From assembly GCA_036676395.1 (NCBI GenBank), contig JAKFCY010000002.1:480001-544000 (forward strand): DNA of 64,000 bases. Direction: 5' to 3'. The stretch is from Bdellovibrio sp. GTDB lineage: Bacteria; Bdellovibrionota; Bdellovibrionia; Bdellovibrionales; Bdellovibrionaceae. The position numbers and the translations under genes were made by a program. Every line of letters begins with the position of its first letter. Within the stretch, counting starts at the first letter, position 1. The notes below the pieces were generated by a model. The model was not told the origin of the DNA and searched no databases. It worked only from the letters and a program-made list of their open reading frames with translations. Below, piece after piece: positions 19,743 through 29,276 of this stretch.

Positions 19743-20939
19743 ATGGCTCGTTTTTTTGCGTCATGTCCAATCGGCATGGTCGATCTAGTAGAACAAGAAT
19801 TAAAAGACTTAGGATTAAAAACCGGTGATAAAACTATCGGCGGCGTTTTATTTGAATCGAACTGGGAAGGTTGTTACAAAGCCAATCTTCATTCTCGTTA
19901 CGCAAGTCGTATTTTAAAACCACTTTTAGATTTTAACGCTTACAGCGGCGAAGAACTTTATAACAACGTTCGTAAGCACGATTTCACAAAATACATTTCT
20001 GCGGATCAAACTATGACAATCGATGCAGTTGTTAAAGAATGTTCGATTCCAGATCAACGCTTTTTAGCTATGAAGACTAAAGATGCGATTGTAGATCAAT
20101 TTCGCGATAAATTCGGTAAACGCCCAGACGTTGCGAAAGATAATCCATCAATGCGTATTCATATCAAAGGTTATAAAAATAAATACCACATGGCTTTAGA
20201 CACTTCAGGTAGTTCGCTGTTCATGCGTGGCTATCGCACGATGACTGGTGAAGCTCCATTAAAAGAAAACTTAGCAGCGGGTCTTTTAGGCTTAACTGAA
20301 TGGGATCGCAAGTCTCCGTTAGTGGATCTATTTTGCGGTTCGGGAACAATCTTGATTGAAGCGGCGATGATGGCGGCAAACATGGCGCCTGGAATTCACC
20401 GTAATCATTTCGGATTTATGAACTTAGCAGACTACAACGAAGACACTTGGTTAAAAGTGATCAACGAAGCAGAGTCTCAGGAAAAAGACACTTTAGATTT
20501 TAAATTATACGGTTATGACCATGATAAAAAAGTTCTTCAATTTGCAAAAGACAATGCCCGCAATGCAGGTGTCAGCAAATTTATCGAATTTAAAGGAACT
20601 TCAATTGCTGTAGCAGCTCCGCCAGTGACTGGCGAAGATAATACTGAAGTTAAGGGAACAGTTATTTGTAATCCTCCGTACGGCGCTCGTATCGGTGATG
20701 AAGATAACTTAAAAGACGTTTACCGTGATTTAGGTTTCACTTTAAAAAATCGCTTTCAAGGTTGGGATGCTTGGTTATTATCAGGCAGTAAAGACTTATT
20801 GGGCGAGATGAAATTAAAATCAACGCGTAAGTATTATTTAATGAACGGAAACATCGAATGCCGTTTCTTAAAATATGAAATGTACACTGGTTCTAAGCGC
20901 ACACCGAAAGCGGTTGTTGCGACGACGACAGAGCAGTAA
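19743..20939 (+). CDS. THUMP-domain RNA methyltransferase (RlmL-like)
   Basis: APLKENLAA, DLFCGSGTILIEAA and NPPYG motifs. Confidence 0.92.
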   Translation: MARFFASCPIGMVDLVEQELKDLGLKTGDKTIGGVLFESNWEGCYKANLHSRYASRILKPLLDFNAYSGEELYNNVRKHDFTKYISADQTMTIDAVVKECSIPDQRFLAMKTKDAIVDQFRDKFGKRPDVAKDNPSMRIHIKGYKNKYHMALDTSGSSLFMRGYRTMTGEAPLKENLAAGLLGLTEWDRKSPLVDLFCGSGTILIEAAMMAANMAPGIHRNHFGFMNLADYNEDTWLKVINEAESQEKDTLDFKLYGYDHDKKVLQFAKDNARNAGVSKFIEFKGTSIAVAAPPVTGEDNTEVKGTVICNPPYGARIGDEDNLKDVYRDLGFTLKNRFQGWDAWLLSGSKDLLGEMKLKSTRKYYLMNGNIECRFLKYEMYTGSKRTPKAVVATTTEQ

Positions 20940-20952
20940 TTGCGTTTGAGTC

Positions 20953-20976
20953 TTAAGCCGGAAGTTTGCCGTCGTC
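20953..20976 (+). repeat. Dispersed 24-bp intergenic repeat, copy 1
   Basis: ttaagccggaagtttgccgtcgtc; 21/24 identical to 48212-48235. Confidence 0.65.
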
Positions 20977-21000
20977 GGGCGGTGTCATTTTCACAAAACA

Positions 21001-21033
21001 AAAAAAGGCAGAGTTAATAACTCTGCCTTTTTT
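21001..21033. terminator. Bidirectional intrinsic terminator
   Basis: A6-ggcagagtt-aat-aactctgcc-T6 between convergent genes. Confidence 0.88.
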
Positions 21034-21061
21034 GTTTTGCTACATATTGGTGGATCGTTAA

Positions 21062-21562
21062 TTACATACGGTCTTGATCAAGAGCGATGTTAAGTTTTTC
21101 TAAACCTAAGTTAACTCCGAAACCTTTTGTAAATTGTAATGATAAGTTCACAGTTAAAGCTGGGATATCAGTGTGAGCTGCAGCTAAAACACCTACGCCA
21201 CGGATTACAGAAGCTTGTCCTTGAACTAATAAGTAGTTACCTAATAGATCTTTTGGGTTGTTAGTAAATAAAGCGATGTTAGCTGCGGTGCCTACGAATG
21301 CCATTTTACCGAAAGCCACTTGTGGTCCGATGAAGTGAGACTTCGCTTTTAAAGTGATTGGGTAAGACTCTGTAACACCAGATGCGCTAATGCAACGTAA
21401 GCTGCCTTTTGCTTCTAATTTGTATTTACCTACGATAACTTTTAAGCCTGACGCTTGACCTTTAAAAGTCATGTTACAAGCCCATGCAGGGATATCTGCT
21501 TTTGCTTGAGTTGTAAGACCTAATCCGAACACCATTGCCATTGCTACTAATACTGATTTCAT
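21062..21562 (-). CDS. Secreted hypothetical beta-rich protein
   Basis: Signal peptide ending AKA; RBS aggagg. Confidence 0.8.
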   Translation of the reverse strand: MKSVLVAMAMVFGLGLTTQAKADIPAWACNMTFKGQASGLKVIVGKYKLEAKGSLRCISASGVTESYPITLKAKSHFIGPQVAFGKMAFVGTAANIALFTNNPKDLLGNYLLVQGQASVIRGVGVLAAAHTDIPALTVNLSLQFTKGFGVNLGLEKLNIALDQDRM

Positions 21563-21663
21563 TAAAACCTCCTAAGGTTTGTTATTTGTTGTTGAAACCA
21601 GAGATAAATACTTTTTGGTCTGCCGTCTAGAGGGGGTCAGTGTCTTCCTGTTCCGATATTTTA

Positions 21664-21686
21664 AATCGGGACACTATGTCCCGATT
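21664..21686. promoter_or_regulatory. Perfect inverted repeat between divergent genes (candidate operator)
   Basis: aatcgggaca-cta-tgtcccgatt. Confidence 0.55.
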
Positions 21687-21725
21687 AGCTTGCGTTTTTT
21701 ACACACTAGAGTTATAGATCTAGTT

Positions 21726-22499
21726 ATGAAAATGACAATTAAGAGCTTTCTTTTGCTGGAGTTAACAAAACGTCAGACGCGTAACTCGGCGTATTCATTA
21801 CGTGCGTTCGCTCGTGATTTGGGTATTGGCGTGACTACATTATCAGATGTATTAGCTGACAAGCGCAGCCTATCTAAAACGAATTTAGAAAAAGTGTCGA
21901 TTAAGCTGATGTTGTCGCCGATGGAGCTTGAGCAAGTTTGGCAAGAGTACAAACAGAACTATCAAAAAGATTTAGAAATTGATGAACATGCCTTAGTTGA
22001 TGAAGACACTTTTCGTCTTATTGGTGATTGGAAGCATTTAGCCATTTTAAATTTAGCAAAGATTCCTGCAAATCAGGCGGGAAAGCCCAGTTGGATTGCG
22101 AGGCGTTTAGGGACAACTACTGAAGAAGCAGCAGCTACACTAGAGCGTTTACTCAGACTTAAACTTGTTAAAAAACAAGAAAGTAAACTGGTGAGAACAT
22201 CTAAGCCCATTGTAACGTCTAATAACATTCCGTCGATGGCAATTCGTAAATATCACGCTGAAAATCTTTGGTTAGCCGAAAAAACTTTACACGAAGAGGA
22301 CGTTTCTCGGCGCCAATTTGTCTCGACAACTTTGGCGATTAACCCTGAAAATTTGCCACGTGCGACTGAATTAATGATTAAGACTCGAAATAAAATCGAA
22401 GCGATGCTAGAAGAGGGGCCAGTCACAGAAGTATATACGGTTTCTTTTCAAATGTTTCCGCTCACTAAACTTCAAGCGACTAAAGGAGATAAAAAATGA
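21726..22499 (+). CDS. TIGR02147/DUF4423-family HTH protein
   Basis: RNSAYSLRAFARDLGI..LSDVL..KRSLS, IGDWKHLAILNL, AIRKYH, VYTVSFQMFPLT. Start moved to ATG 21726. Confidence 0.85.
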   Translation: MKMTIKSFLLLELTKRQTRNSAYSLRAFARDLGIGVTTLSDVLADKRSLSKTNLEKVSIKLMLSPMELEQVWQEYKQNYQKDLEIDEHALVDEDTFRLIGDWKHLAILNLAKIPANQAGKPSWIARRLGTTTEEAAATLERLLRLKLVKKQESKLVRTSKPIVTSNNIPSMAIRKYHAENLWLAEKTLHEEDVSRRQFVSTTLAINPENLPRATELMIKTRNKIEAMLEEGPVTEVYTVSFQMFPLTKLQATKGDKK

Positions 22500-23485
22500 A
22501 AACAACTTTAACTAAATTAGTAGTTCTTTTCACAGTTCTTTCAACTCAATCTGTTTTTGCTGGTGGCGACCGTGTTAATAACGGCGGCGGCTTAGCAGAA
22601 AAAAATGTGATGTACGCTTACGAGAAATTAGGAAGCTATATTAAGCTTTGCCTAGATTCAGATACATGTAAGTTGAATTCAACTCAGTATTATATCTTAC
22701 AGAAAATCTATAACGGATTACCTACAGATAAAAATTCAAACCAATTGTCTTTTTCTTCTGAGCAGGCAAATCCAGGAAGATTTATTATCGATGGAAATGT
22801 TCGTGTTGCTAAAACGGGAAGTCTGCCTGGTAGCGCGATCATGATTAATACAGATCTATTATATAATAAGAATCAAAGCGGCGTTTATGAGGCGATGAGC
22901 ATCCCTGAGGCTGTGGCAGTACTGGTGCATGAGTTCGGTCATCACTACGGTAACAACAGCCATGAAGAGTTAGACTTAATTGGCGTGCGTATTTCTTTAT
23001 TGCTACAATCAAAAGTAATCACAACGCCGTTAGTGCCATGGAGATCTGATATCGCAATGACGGTCTTGAATCAGGATGCGACAGGTTCGTTTCCTGAGGT
23101 TATCTTGTACGTAGGCAATGACATTATCGATATCAGCCATTTCTACAAAGCTGAAATTGAATGTACAGGATTTAAAATTCCGATTCCTTTATTGCCTGTT
23201 CCGGATATCAACATTAACGGCAAAACTCCAAAAGCTTCAATTTTTCATAACCTTCACTGGGATAAAATCAAAGATAAAGACACATCTTTAGAAGTGCAGA
23301 TTACGGGTAATGTGTCGAATCGTTGTAAAGTACAGAGCGATACTGAAATTCGTAGCAATTCATCTCAGTTATCAATTAAATTTAAAATGAATAAAGGTAT
23401 AGACACTTGGGTTTATGACAAATCGTCACTAAGCCTGAAACAGTTTGAAGACCAATGGTGGAAAATCATTAAACTTCCGAACTAA
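22496..23485 (+). CDS. Secreted protein with HExxH zinc-metallopeptidase-like motif
   Basis: Signal peptide ending VFA-GG; LVHEFGHHYG; ATGA overlap with the upstream gene. Confidence 0.7.
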   Translation: MKTTLTKLVVLFTVLSTQSVFAGGDRVNNGGGLAEKNVMYAYEKLGSYIKLCLDSDTCKLNSTQYYILQKIYNGLPTDKNSNQLSFSSEQANPGRFIIDGNVRVAKTGSLPGSAIMINTDLLYNKNQSGVYEAMSIPEAVAVLVHEFGHHYGNNSHEELDLIGVRISLLLQSKVITTPLVPWRSDIAMTVLNQDATGSFPEVILYVGNDIIDISHFYKAEIECTGFKIPIPLLPVPDININGKTPKASIFHNLHWDKIKDKDTSLEVQITGNVSNRCKVQSDTEIRSNSSQLSIKFKMNKGIDTWVYDKSSLSLKQFEDQWWKIIKLPN

Positions 23486-23493
23486 GAAGAAAT

Positions 23494-23525
23494 AAAAAAA
23501 GGCAGAGTGAAGACTCTGCCTTTTT
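23494..23525. terminator. Bidirectional intrinsic terminator
   Basis: A7-ggcagagt-gaag-actctgcc-T5. Confidence 0.88.
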
Positions 23526-23550
23526 AGTTTTTAGGATATTTTTAATTTTC

Positions 23551-23922
23551 TTACGACGGTTTATATACGCCAAAGTAAGCTGCGGTGATAAAGATTGCCA
23601 TTAATAAGAAATACATAGGCCAGCCAAGTTGGCCTTTTCTTTTTAATAACGAGATGATTCCGCCCATGATTAACCAGATCACTAGTTTTACGTAGATCCA
23701 AGAAGGCAAGCCACTACTGTGCATGAAGCCCATGCGCGCTAATAAACCGAAACCACTGACTAACATAAATAATAAACCCACGCCGTGAGTGACGAAGGCG
23801 AAAATTTTTACTTTGCCAGCGATTTGGTGGCCTGACCAAGCAAGCACTAACATTCCCACTAACCCTGACGTCAGCAAGAAGATTCCTGTTAAGTGAAGCA
23901 TTTTATAAATTTCGTATGGCAT
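23551..23922 (-). CDS. Small 4-TM membrane protein (SirB2-like)
   Basis: YKMLHL, HGVGLL..LVSGFGLL, WIYVKL and YKP motifs. Confidence 0.7.
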   Translation of the reverse strand: MPYEIYKMLHLTGIFLLTSGLVGMLVLAWSGHQIAGKVKIFAFVTHGVGLLFMLVSGFGLLARMGFMHSSGLPSWIYVKLVIWLIMGGIISLLKRKGQLGWPMYFLLMAIFITAAYFGVYKPS

Positions 23923-23926
23923 GGTG

Positions 23927-25009
23927 TTAGTCTCCTTCGTTGAGTCCTAAGTGTTTTAGAATTTTCGCAACTTGTTTACGTATTTTTGGTAAACTTTGTT
24001 GCGACATCATAATCTTTAAATTTTCTTTGTGATCTATTTGCGGGTAACCGCCGTAGACGCCTGATTTTTCGATCGAGCTGACTACGCCAGTGCGTCCAGT
24101 TAGAATTACATTATCGGCTACAGTTAAGTGGCCTAGAACGCCAACGCTTCCGGCTGCGGTGACTTGGCGGCCGATTTTTGTAGAGCCTGCCACGATAAAC
24201 CCAGCGGCGATGAGAGCGTTTTCGCCGATGTCGCAGTTATGTGCGATGTGAATAAAGTTATCAAACTTTGAACCTTTGCGGATACGGGTTTCGGTCATCG
24301 TTGCGCGATCAACCGCACATTGAGCGCCGAATTCACAATTGTCTTCGATGATCACTTGGCCGATTTGGGCAATCTTATGATGAGTGCCTTGTTTATCAGT
24401 TACGAAACCAAAACCGTCAGAGCCAAAAACATTTTGTGGGCCGATCACACAGTTTTTGCCGATATGACAGTTGAAACCCAGAAAAACTTGGGCTGATAAT
24501 TTTGTGTTGTCGCCAATTGTAGAATCATTTTCTAAAATAGTTTGGGCGCCGATAATACAATTATCGCCGATCACCACGTTTTTTCCGATTACGGCAAAAG
24601 GTTCGATGGTGACGTTTTTTCCAACACGAGCGGTGGGGTCAACAAAAGCTTGCGGGTGGATTCCGGAATTAACTGGTTTGTAGCCGTTAAAATTTTTTAA
24701 CACTTCAGCCATTGCGGTGTGCACATTTGCGGTTGTCCAAACGGATTTACTTTTATCGATAACGTTTTGAACGAGTGGGAGTAGTTTTTCAGGAATGATA
24801 TAACCTAGAGCATTTTGTTTAATGGCAATTTGTAAAAGCTCATCTGTGTTGGCGAAAACTAAACTAGTGGCATTCGCCTGTGCCGGGGGCGCCACTTGAG
24901 TAAATAAGCTGCTTTGCGATTGGACGAGTTTAAGTGAAGGGCAAGCTGCTGTAAGGGTCTCTGAAGAGACTGACGTCATAAGAGGTCTTTGATTCGCTTG
25001 TAAATTCAT
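23927..25009 (-). CDS. lpxD: UDP-3-O-(3-hydroxyacyl)glucosamine N-acyltransferase
   Basis: Hexapeptide repeats; GSDGFGF, VDRA and DNFIHIAHNCDIG. Start could be the second Met. Confidence 0.94.
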   Translation of the reverse strand: MNLQANQRPLMTSVSSETLTAACPSLKLVQSQSSLFTQVAPPAQANATSLVFANTDELLQIAIKQNALGYIIPEKLLPLVQNVIDKSKSVWTTANVHTAMAEVLKNFNGYKPVNSGIHPQAFVDPTARVGKNVTIEPFAVIGKNVVIGDNCIIGAQTILENDSTIGDNTKLSAQVFLGFNCHIGKNCVIGPQNVFGSDGFGFVTDKQGTHHKIAQIGQVIIEDNCEFGAQCAVDRATMTETRIRKGSKFDNFIHIAHNCDIGENALIAAGFIVAGSTKIGRQVTAAGSVGVLGHLTVADNVILTGRTGVVSSIEKSGVYGGYPQIDHKENLKIMMSQQSLPKIRKQVAKILKHLGLNEGD

Positions 25010-25120
25010 GCTGTTAGAGTAATGCTTTGCAACAGAAAAGACAGCATTTTACTTGTCCGAGACATGGCGCAGGATATACATAAATAGTTGATTAGATAAA
25101 TAAGACATTATTTCACGGAG

Positions 25121-25744
25121 ATGATAATGGCTAAAAAAGCAACTGCATCAAAAAAAGCAACTAAACCTGTAGCTAAACCTGCAGCCAAAGCTGCAGCAAA
25201 AAAACCGGAAGCTAAAAAAGCGGCTCCGGCGGTAAAGGCATCAGCTAAACCAATAGCTAAGCCTGCACCTGCAAAAGCGAAAGCAGCTGCCCCTAAAGTC
25301 GCAAAACCTGCAGCAAAACCAACAAAAGCCACTCCAGTTTCTAAAAGTGAAGCAGTTAAACCTGCTTTGATGACTAAAAAAGGTAAAGCTGAAGAGGTTG
25401 TAGAGCCAAAAGATCAGGGCGATCTGCTTATTGAAAAAGCCAAAGAAGAAATGGCGAACATCAACAGCGCGAAAAATGCCGCTGAAAAAAACGCTAAAGT
25501 TAAACCAATTAAAATTGAACGTGGAAATGCTGCTGATGAAAAAGCTAAATGGCAGGAGCTGTTTAAACGTCACGGAAAAGACAAAGCGAACTCTTATAAA
25601 ATGACAGATAGTTTTGACGCTATGAAGCCTCTACAGCATAAAGTATTGGGTTGGGGATTTATTTTAAGCAATGAAAATAACCGCCTAGAAGTTCTGTTTG
25701 AAAACGGAATAAAAATGTTGATTAGTAACTACAAGCCCTCTTAA
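25121..25744 (+). CDS. Protein with histone-H1-like Ala/Lys/Pro-rich N-terminus and small C-terminal domain
   Basis: AKPAAKAAAKK repeats; C-terminal HKVLGWGFI...LEVLFENG. Confidence 0.75.
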   Translation: MIMAKKATASKKATKPVAKPAAKAAAKKPEAKKAAPAVKASAKPIAKPAPAKAKAAAPKVAKPAAKPTKATPVSKSEAVKPALMTKKGKAEEVVEPKDQGDLLIEKAKEEMANINSAKNAAEKNAKVKPIKIERGNAADEKAKWQELFKRHGKDKANSYKMTDSFDAMKPLQHKVLGWGFILSNENNRLEVLFENGIKMLISNYKPS

Positions 25745-25755
25745 TATATTCGTGC

Positions 25756-25977
25756 ATGTCAAAAGATGATTTAGTTACTTTAGATGGAAAAGTGGTGGAT
25801 GCTCTTGCTGGAGGCCTGTACAAGGTAGAGTTAGAGTCAAACAAAGTTGTGGTGAGTGCCAAACTTTGCGGAAAAATGCGCCGATTTAATATCCGAATCG
25901 TCGTTGGAGATCGTGTGAGTGTCGGAGTTTCTCCGTACGATCCAACCCACGGCCTCATCATGTACCGTCATAAATAA
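25756..25977 (+). CDS. infA: Translation initiation factor IF-1
   Basis: GKMRRFNIRIVVGDRVSVGVSPYDPTHGLIMYR. Confidence 0.97.
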   Translation: MSKDDLVTLDGKVVDALAGGLYKVELESNKVVVSAKLCGKMRRFNIRIVVGDRVSVGVSPYDPTHGLIMYRHK

Positions 25978-26055
25978 TATAACTAAGAAATTTCTCGTCA
26001 CAGCCCCACAACACAGATAAAATTATCAAAAACATAAAAGAGTCACAGAGGTTTT

Positions 26056-28449
26056 ATGGATCAAATGTTAGGTCAGTATTTAACTCGTTTTGTAACTTCA
26101 GTTCCGTTAAAATCGGCGGCTGCAGTATTAGAACTAGCAGCAGAAGGCGGTACAGTTCCGTTTATCGCCCGTTACCGTAAAGAAAAAACAGGTAACTTGG
26201 ATGAAGTGCAAATTCGCGCAGTTATCGAAGCAGCAGAAACTTTTGCTGAAGTTGTAAAGCGTAAAGCTTTCTTAGTAAAAGAGATCGGCGAGCAAAAGAA
26301 TTTAACGCCGGAAATCGAAAAGCGTATTACTCTTTCTTGGGATCTTAATGAACTTGAAGAGATCTATAAACCATTCAAGAAAAAGAAAAAAACCAAAGCT
26401 ACAGTAGCCCGCGATGCTGGTTTAGAACCCCTTGCGAACTGGATTTGGGATATGGGTCACGCAACTATTAAAGATCCTGCGACGATGGAAATCAAAGCAA
26501 AGTCTTTCTTAAACCCAGATCAAAAAATCGTAACTTACGAAGATGCTCTTAAAGGCGCTCAGGATATTATCGTTGAGAGAATTGCCAATGAGCCTTCATT
26601 GCGTGAAAAAGTTGTACAAAATTATTTTGAAAAAGGAAAAGTGGGCGCAAAAGCTGCGAAAGGCTTTAAACCAAATTCGAAATACGAAATGTACGCTAAA
26701 GACTACAGCGATTCTGTTAAAAATTTATTAGAAGAAAAAGCATCGCACAGATACATGGCGATGAAACGTGGTTGGGAAGAAGAAGAGTTAACTGTAGAGA
26801 TTTCTGCAGAAGACGACATCTTGTTAATGATGTACGAAAAATTCGCGACATCGACTCCAGAAAATGCTTTTGGAACTTATTTAAAAGAATCAGCTCGTTT
26901 AGCGATGAACGTTTATGTTGTTCCTTCGGTTAAAAATGAAGTGCATGCAAAACTTAAAGAAAAATCTGATGAACATGCGATTAAAGTTTTCGCTGAAAAC
27001 GTTCGCCGTGTATTATTAGGTTCTCCGTTCGGGCCACGTTGTGTACTTGGAGTCGATCCAGGTTTACGTACAGGTTGTAAGATTGCACTTATTGATAAAG
27101 GCGGAAACTTTGTGTCTCACACTGTGATGTACACATTAGGTGATAACGCTGAGCAAGCAGCTAAAACTTTGGTTAACGAGGTGACTAAGCAAATTAAAAT
27201 TGAAGCGATCGCAGTCGGTAACGGTACAGGCGGACGCGAAACTGAAATTTTCTTGAAAAAAGTTTTAAAAGATATCGGTAAAGCTGAAATTCCAGTTGTT
27301 ATGGTGAATGAATCAGGCGCTTCAGTGTATTCAGCTTCTGATGTGGCTCGTACGGAATTTCCGGATTTAGATATTACGGTAAGAGGCGCGATCTCGATTG
27401 CTCGTCGTTTACAAGATCCTTTAGCTGAGCTTGTGAAAATTGATCCGAAATCTATCGGTGTTGGCCAGTACCAACATGACGTTAATCAAACTCAACTAAA
27501 AAAAGGCCTGGAAGGCGTTGTTGAAAGTTGTGTGAATAACGTAGGTGTTGATGTGAATACAGCATCATCTTCATTATTAGCTCATGTTTCTGGTATCGGC
27601 CCAGGATTAGCTACTGCCATCGTTGAACACAGAAAGAAAAACGGTTTATTCACTGAACGTTCTGAATTATCTAAAGTTCCAAGATTTACGCCTAAAGTTT
27701 TTGAACAAGCTGCGGGTTTTTTAAGAATTTTAAATGGTAAAGTATTTCTAGATTCTACAGGCATTCATCCTGAGCGTTACTCTGCTGTTCGTGATATGGC
27801 TCAAGATTTAAATGTAAATTTAAATGAATTAGTCGGCGAAGGCGCAAAAAAACTTGTAGCAACAAGAACTAAATGGGCAAAAATCGTTGGTGAATTCACG
27901 TTCGATGATATTTATAAAGAATTAGAAAAACCAGGTCGTGATCCACGTGACCCATATAAAGTTTTCCAATTTAAAGATGATATTTTTGAAGTAAAAGATC
28001 TTAAAGAAGGAATGATTTGTCCGGGTATCGTGACAAATGTTACTAACTTTGGAGCTTTCGTTGATATCGGCGTTCACCAAGATGGTTTAGTGCATATCTC
28101 TGAACTTGCACACAAGTTCGTTGAAGATCCACGTAAAGTTGTTAATCCGGGTGATCAAGTGACTATTCGCGTATTAAAAGTTGATTTAGCGAAAAACCAA
28201 ATTGCTTTATCGATGAAACTCGAAGCTGCTCCAGATCATAAATCTTTCAGAGATATGAAAGAAGGGAATCCACGTCCTCAAGGCGATCGCCCACAAAATC
28301 GTGATGGCGGGCGCCCTCAAGGTGACCGTGGCGGGCAAAGACCGGGTGGTTTTGGTGGCGGTAACCGTGATCAACAACCTCGCGGCGGACAAGGCGGCAA
28401 CGGGTTTACAAATAATCCATTTGCGGCGTTGTTAACGAACAAAAAGTAA
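26056..28449 (+). CDS. tex: Tex-family RNA-binding transcription accessory protein
   Basis: TVPFIARYRKEKTG, GVDPGLRTGCK, IGVGQYQHDV and C-terminal S1 domain FGAFVDIGVHQDGLVHISEL. Confidence 0.96.
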   Translation: MDQMLGQYLTRFVTSVPLKSAAAVLELAAEGGTVPFIARYRKEKTGNLDEVQIRAVIEAAETFAEVVKRKAFLVKEIGEQKNLTPEIEKRITLSWDLNELEEIYKPFKKKKKTKATVARDAGLEPLANWIWDMGHATIKDPATMEIKAKSFLNPDQKIVTYEDALKGAQDIIVERIANEPSLREKVVQNYFEKGKVGAKAAKGFKPNSKYEMYAKDYSDSVKNLLEEKASHRYMAMKRGWEEEELTVEISAEDDILLMMYEKFATSTPENAFGTYLKESARLAMNVYVVPSVKNEVHAKLKEKSDEHAIKVFAENVRRVLLGSPFGPRCVLGVDPGLRTGCKIALIDKGGNFVSHTVMYTLGDNAEQAAKTLVNEVTKQIKIEAIAVGNGTGGRETEIFLKKVLKDIGKAEIPVVMVNESGASVYSASDVARTEFPDLDITVRGAISIARRLQDPLAELVKIDPKSIGVGQYQHDVNQTQLKKGLEGVVESCVNNVGVDVNTASSSLLAHVSGIGPGLATAIVEHRKKNGLFTERSELSKVPRFTPKVFEQAAGFLRILNGKVFLDSTGIHPERYSAVRDMAQDLNVNLNELVGEGAKKLVATRTKWAKIVGEFTFDDIYKELEKPGRDPRDPYKVFQFKDDIFEVKDLKEGMICPGIVTNVTNFGAFVDIGVHQDGLVHISELAHKFVEDPRKVVNPGDQVTIRVLKVDLAKNQIALSMKLEAAPDHKSFRDMKEGNPRPQGDRPQNRDGGRPQGDRGGQRPGGFGGGNRDQQPRGGQGGNGFTNNPFAALLTNKK

Positions 28450-28510
28450 TTTTAAATAGAAGTATATAAATAAGACCGGGATAAACCGGTCTAAAATAAA
28501 GGAAGACACC

Positions 28511-28621
28511 ATGGCATTAAAAGTTGGCGGAAAAAGCAAAACTAAGAAAAATAAATCAGCTCGTCACAAAGCTAAAAGAATCACTAAGAAAAAACGTATG
28601 ATCAAAGCTAATAAAAAGTAG
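28511..28621 (+). CDS. 36-aa highly basic small protein (not in ORF track)
   Basis: RBS aaggaag; MALKVGGKSKTKKNKSARHKAKRITKKKRMIKANKK; 17 of 36 residues K/R. Confidence 0.7.
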   Translation: MALKVGGKSKTKKNKSARHKAKRITKKKRMIKANKK

Positions 28622-28637
28622 TTTTGAACTGTCGATT

Positions 28638-29249
28638 TTGAAAACTAAGAATCTTTTTCTTATTCGACATGGTGAAACGGATTGGAATCGTGCTAAACGG
28701 TTCCAAGGCCGCACCGATATCCCCTTAAATGATGAGGGGCGTGTACAAGCTCTTGGCTTGTGTTCACGTATGATAGAACTAAAAATTGATTTGGTTGTAT
28801 CTAGTTCTTTGTCGCGGGCTTATGAAACCGCTTTAATCGCGATCCAAGATGTTAAACTTCCGATCCAAAAAGATGATCGTCTGCAAGAAACCAATATTGG
28901 TGAAGCCGAAGGTCTTACGCATGAAGAAATTTCTGAAAAATTTGGCATTGGCCATATCGAACGTTGGCGTTCGTATGAAGAACGTGATTTGGATTTTAGA
29001 TACCCTAGCGGGGAGTCGAAAAGACAGATGATGGTCCGTGTGCGTGAGGCTGTTTTGGACATTGCGCAAAACAATTCACACCAAAATATAGCGGTGTTTG
29101 CTCATGGAATGGTTATGCGCGCTTTAACCTTCGCTTTTCACCAAGGTGTTGCATGGGATTTGTCGCAATTTCACAATGGCTGTATTCACCATTTTGTGTG
29201 GGACGACAAAAGGCCAGAACACATGAAATACATTGGTAAAGTAAATTAA
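28638..29249 (+). CDS. Histidine phosphatase (phosphoglycerate mutase family)
   Basis: IRHGETDWN, SSSLSRAYETA and AHG; TTG start. Confidence 0.92.
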   Translation: MKTKNLFLIRHGETDWNRAKRFQGRTDIPLNDEGRVQALGLCSRMIELKIDLVVSSSLSRAYETALIAIQDVKLPIQKDDRLQETNIGEAEGLTHEEISEKFGIGHIERWRSYEERDLDFRYPSGESKRQMMVRVREAVLDIAQNNSHQNIAVFAHGMVMRALTFAFHQGVAWDLSQFHNGCIHHFVWDDKRPEHMKYIGKVN

Positions 29250-29276
29250 TCGTTTAAAATATCAGCAGGAGAATCT

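Noticed and set aside
28260..28420. Repeated RPQGDR / Gly-rich sequence
   Set aside because: Low-complexity C-terminal tail of Tex, not a DNA repeat element.
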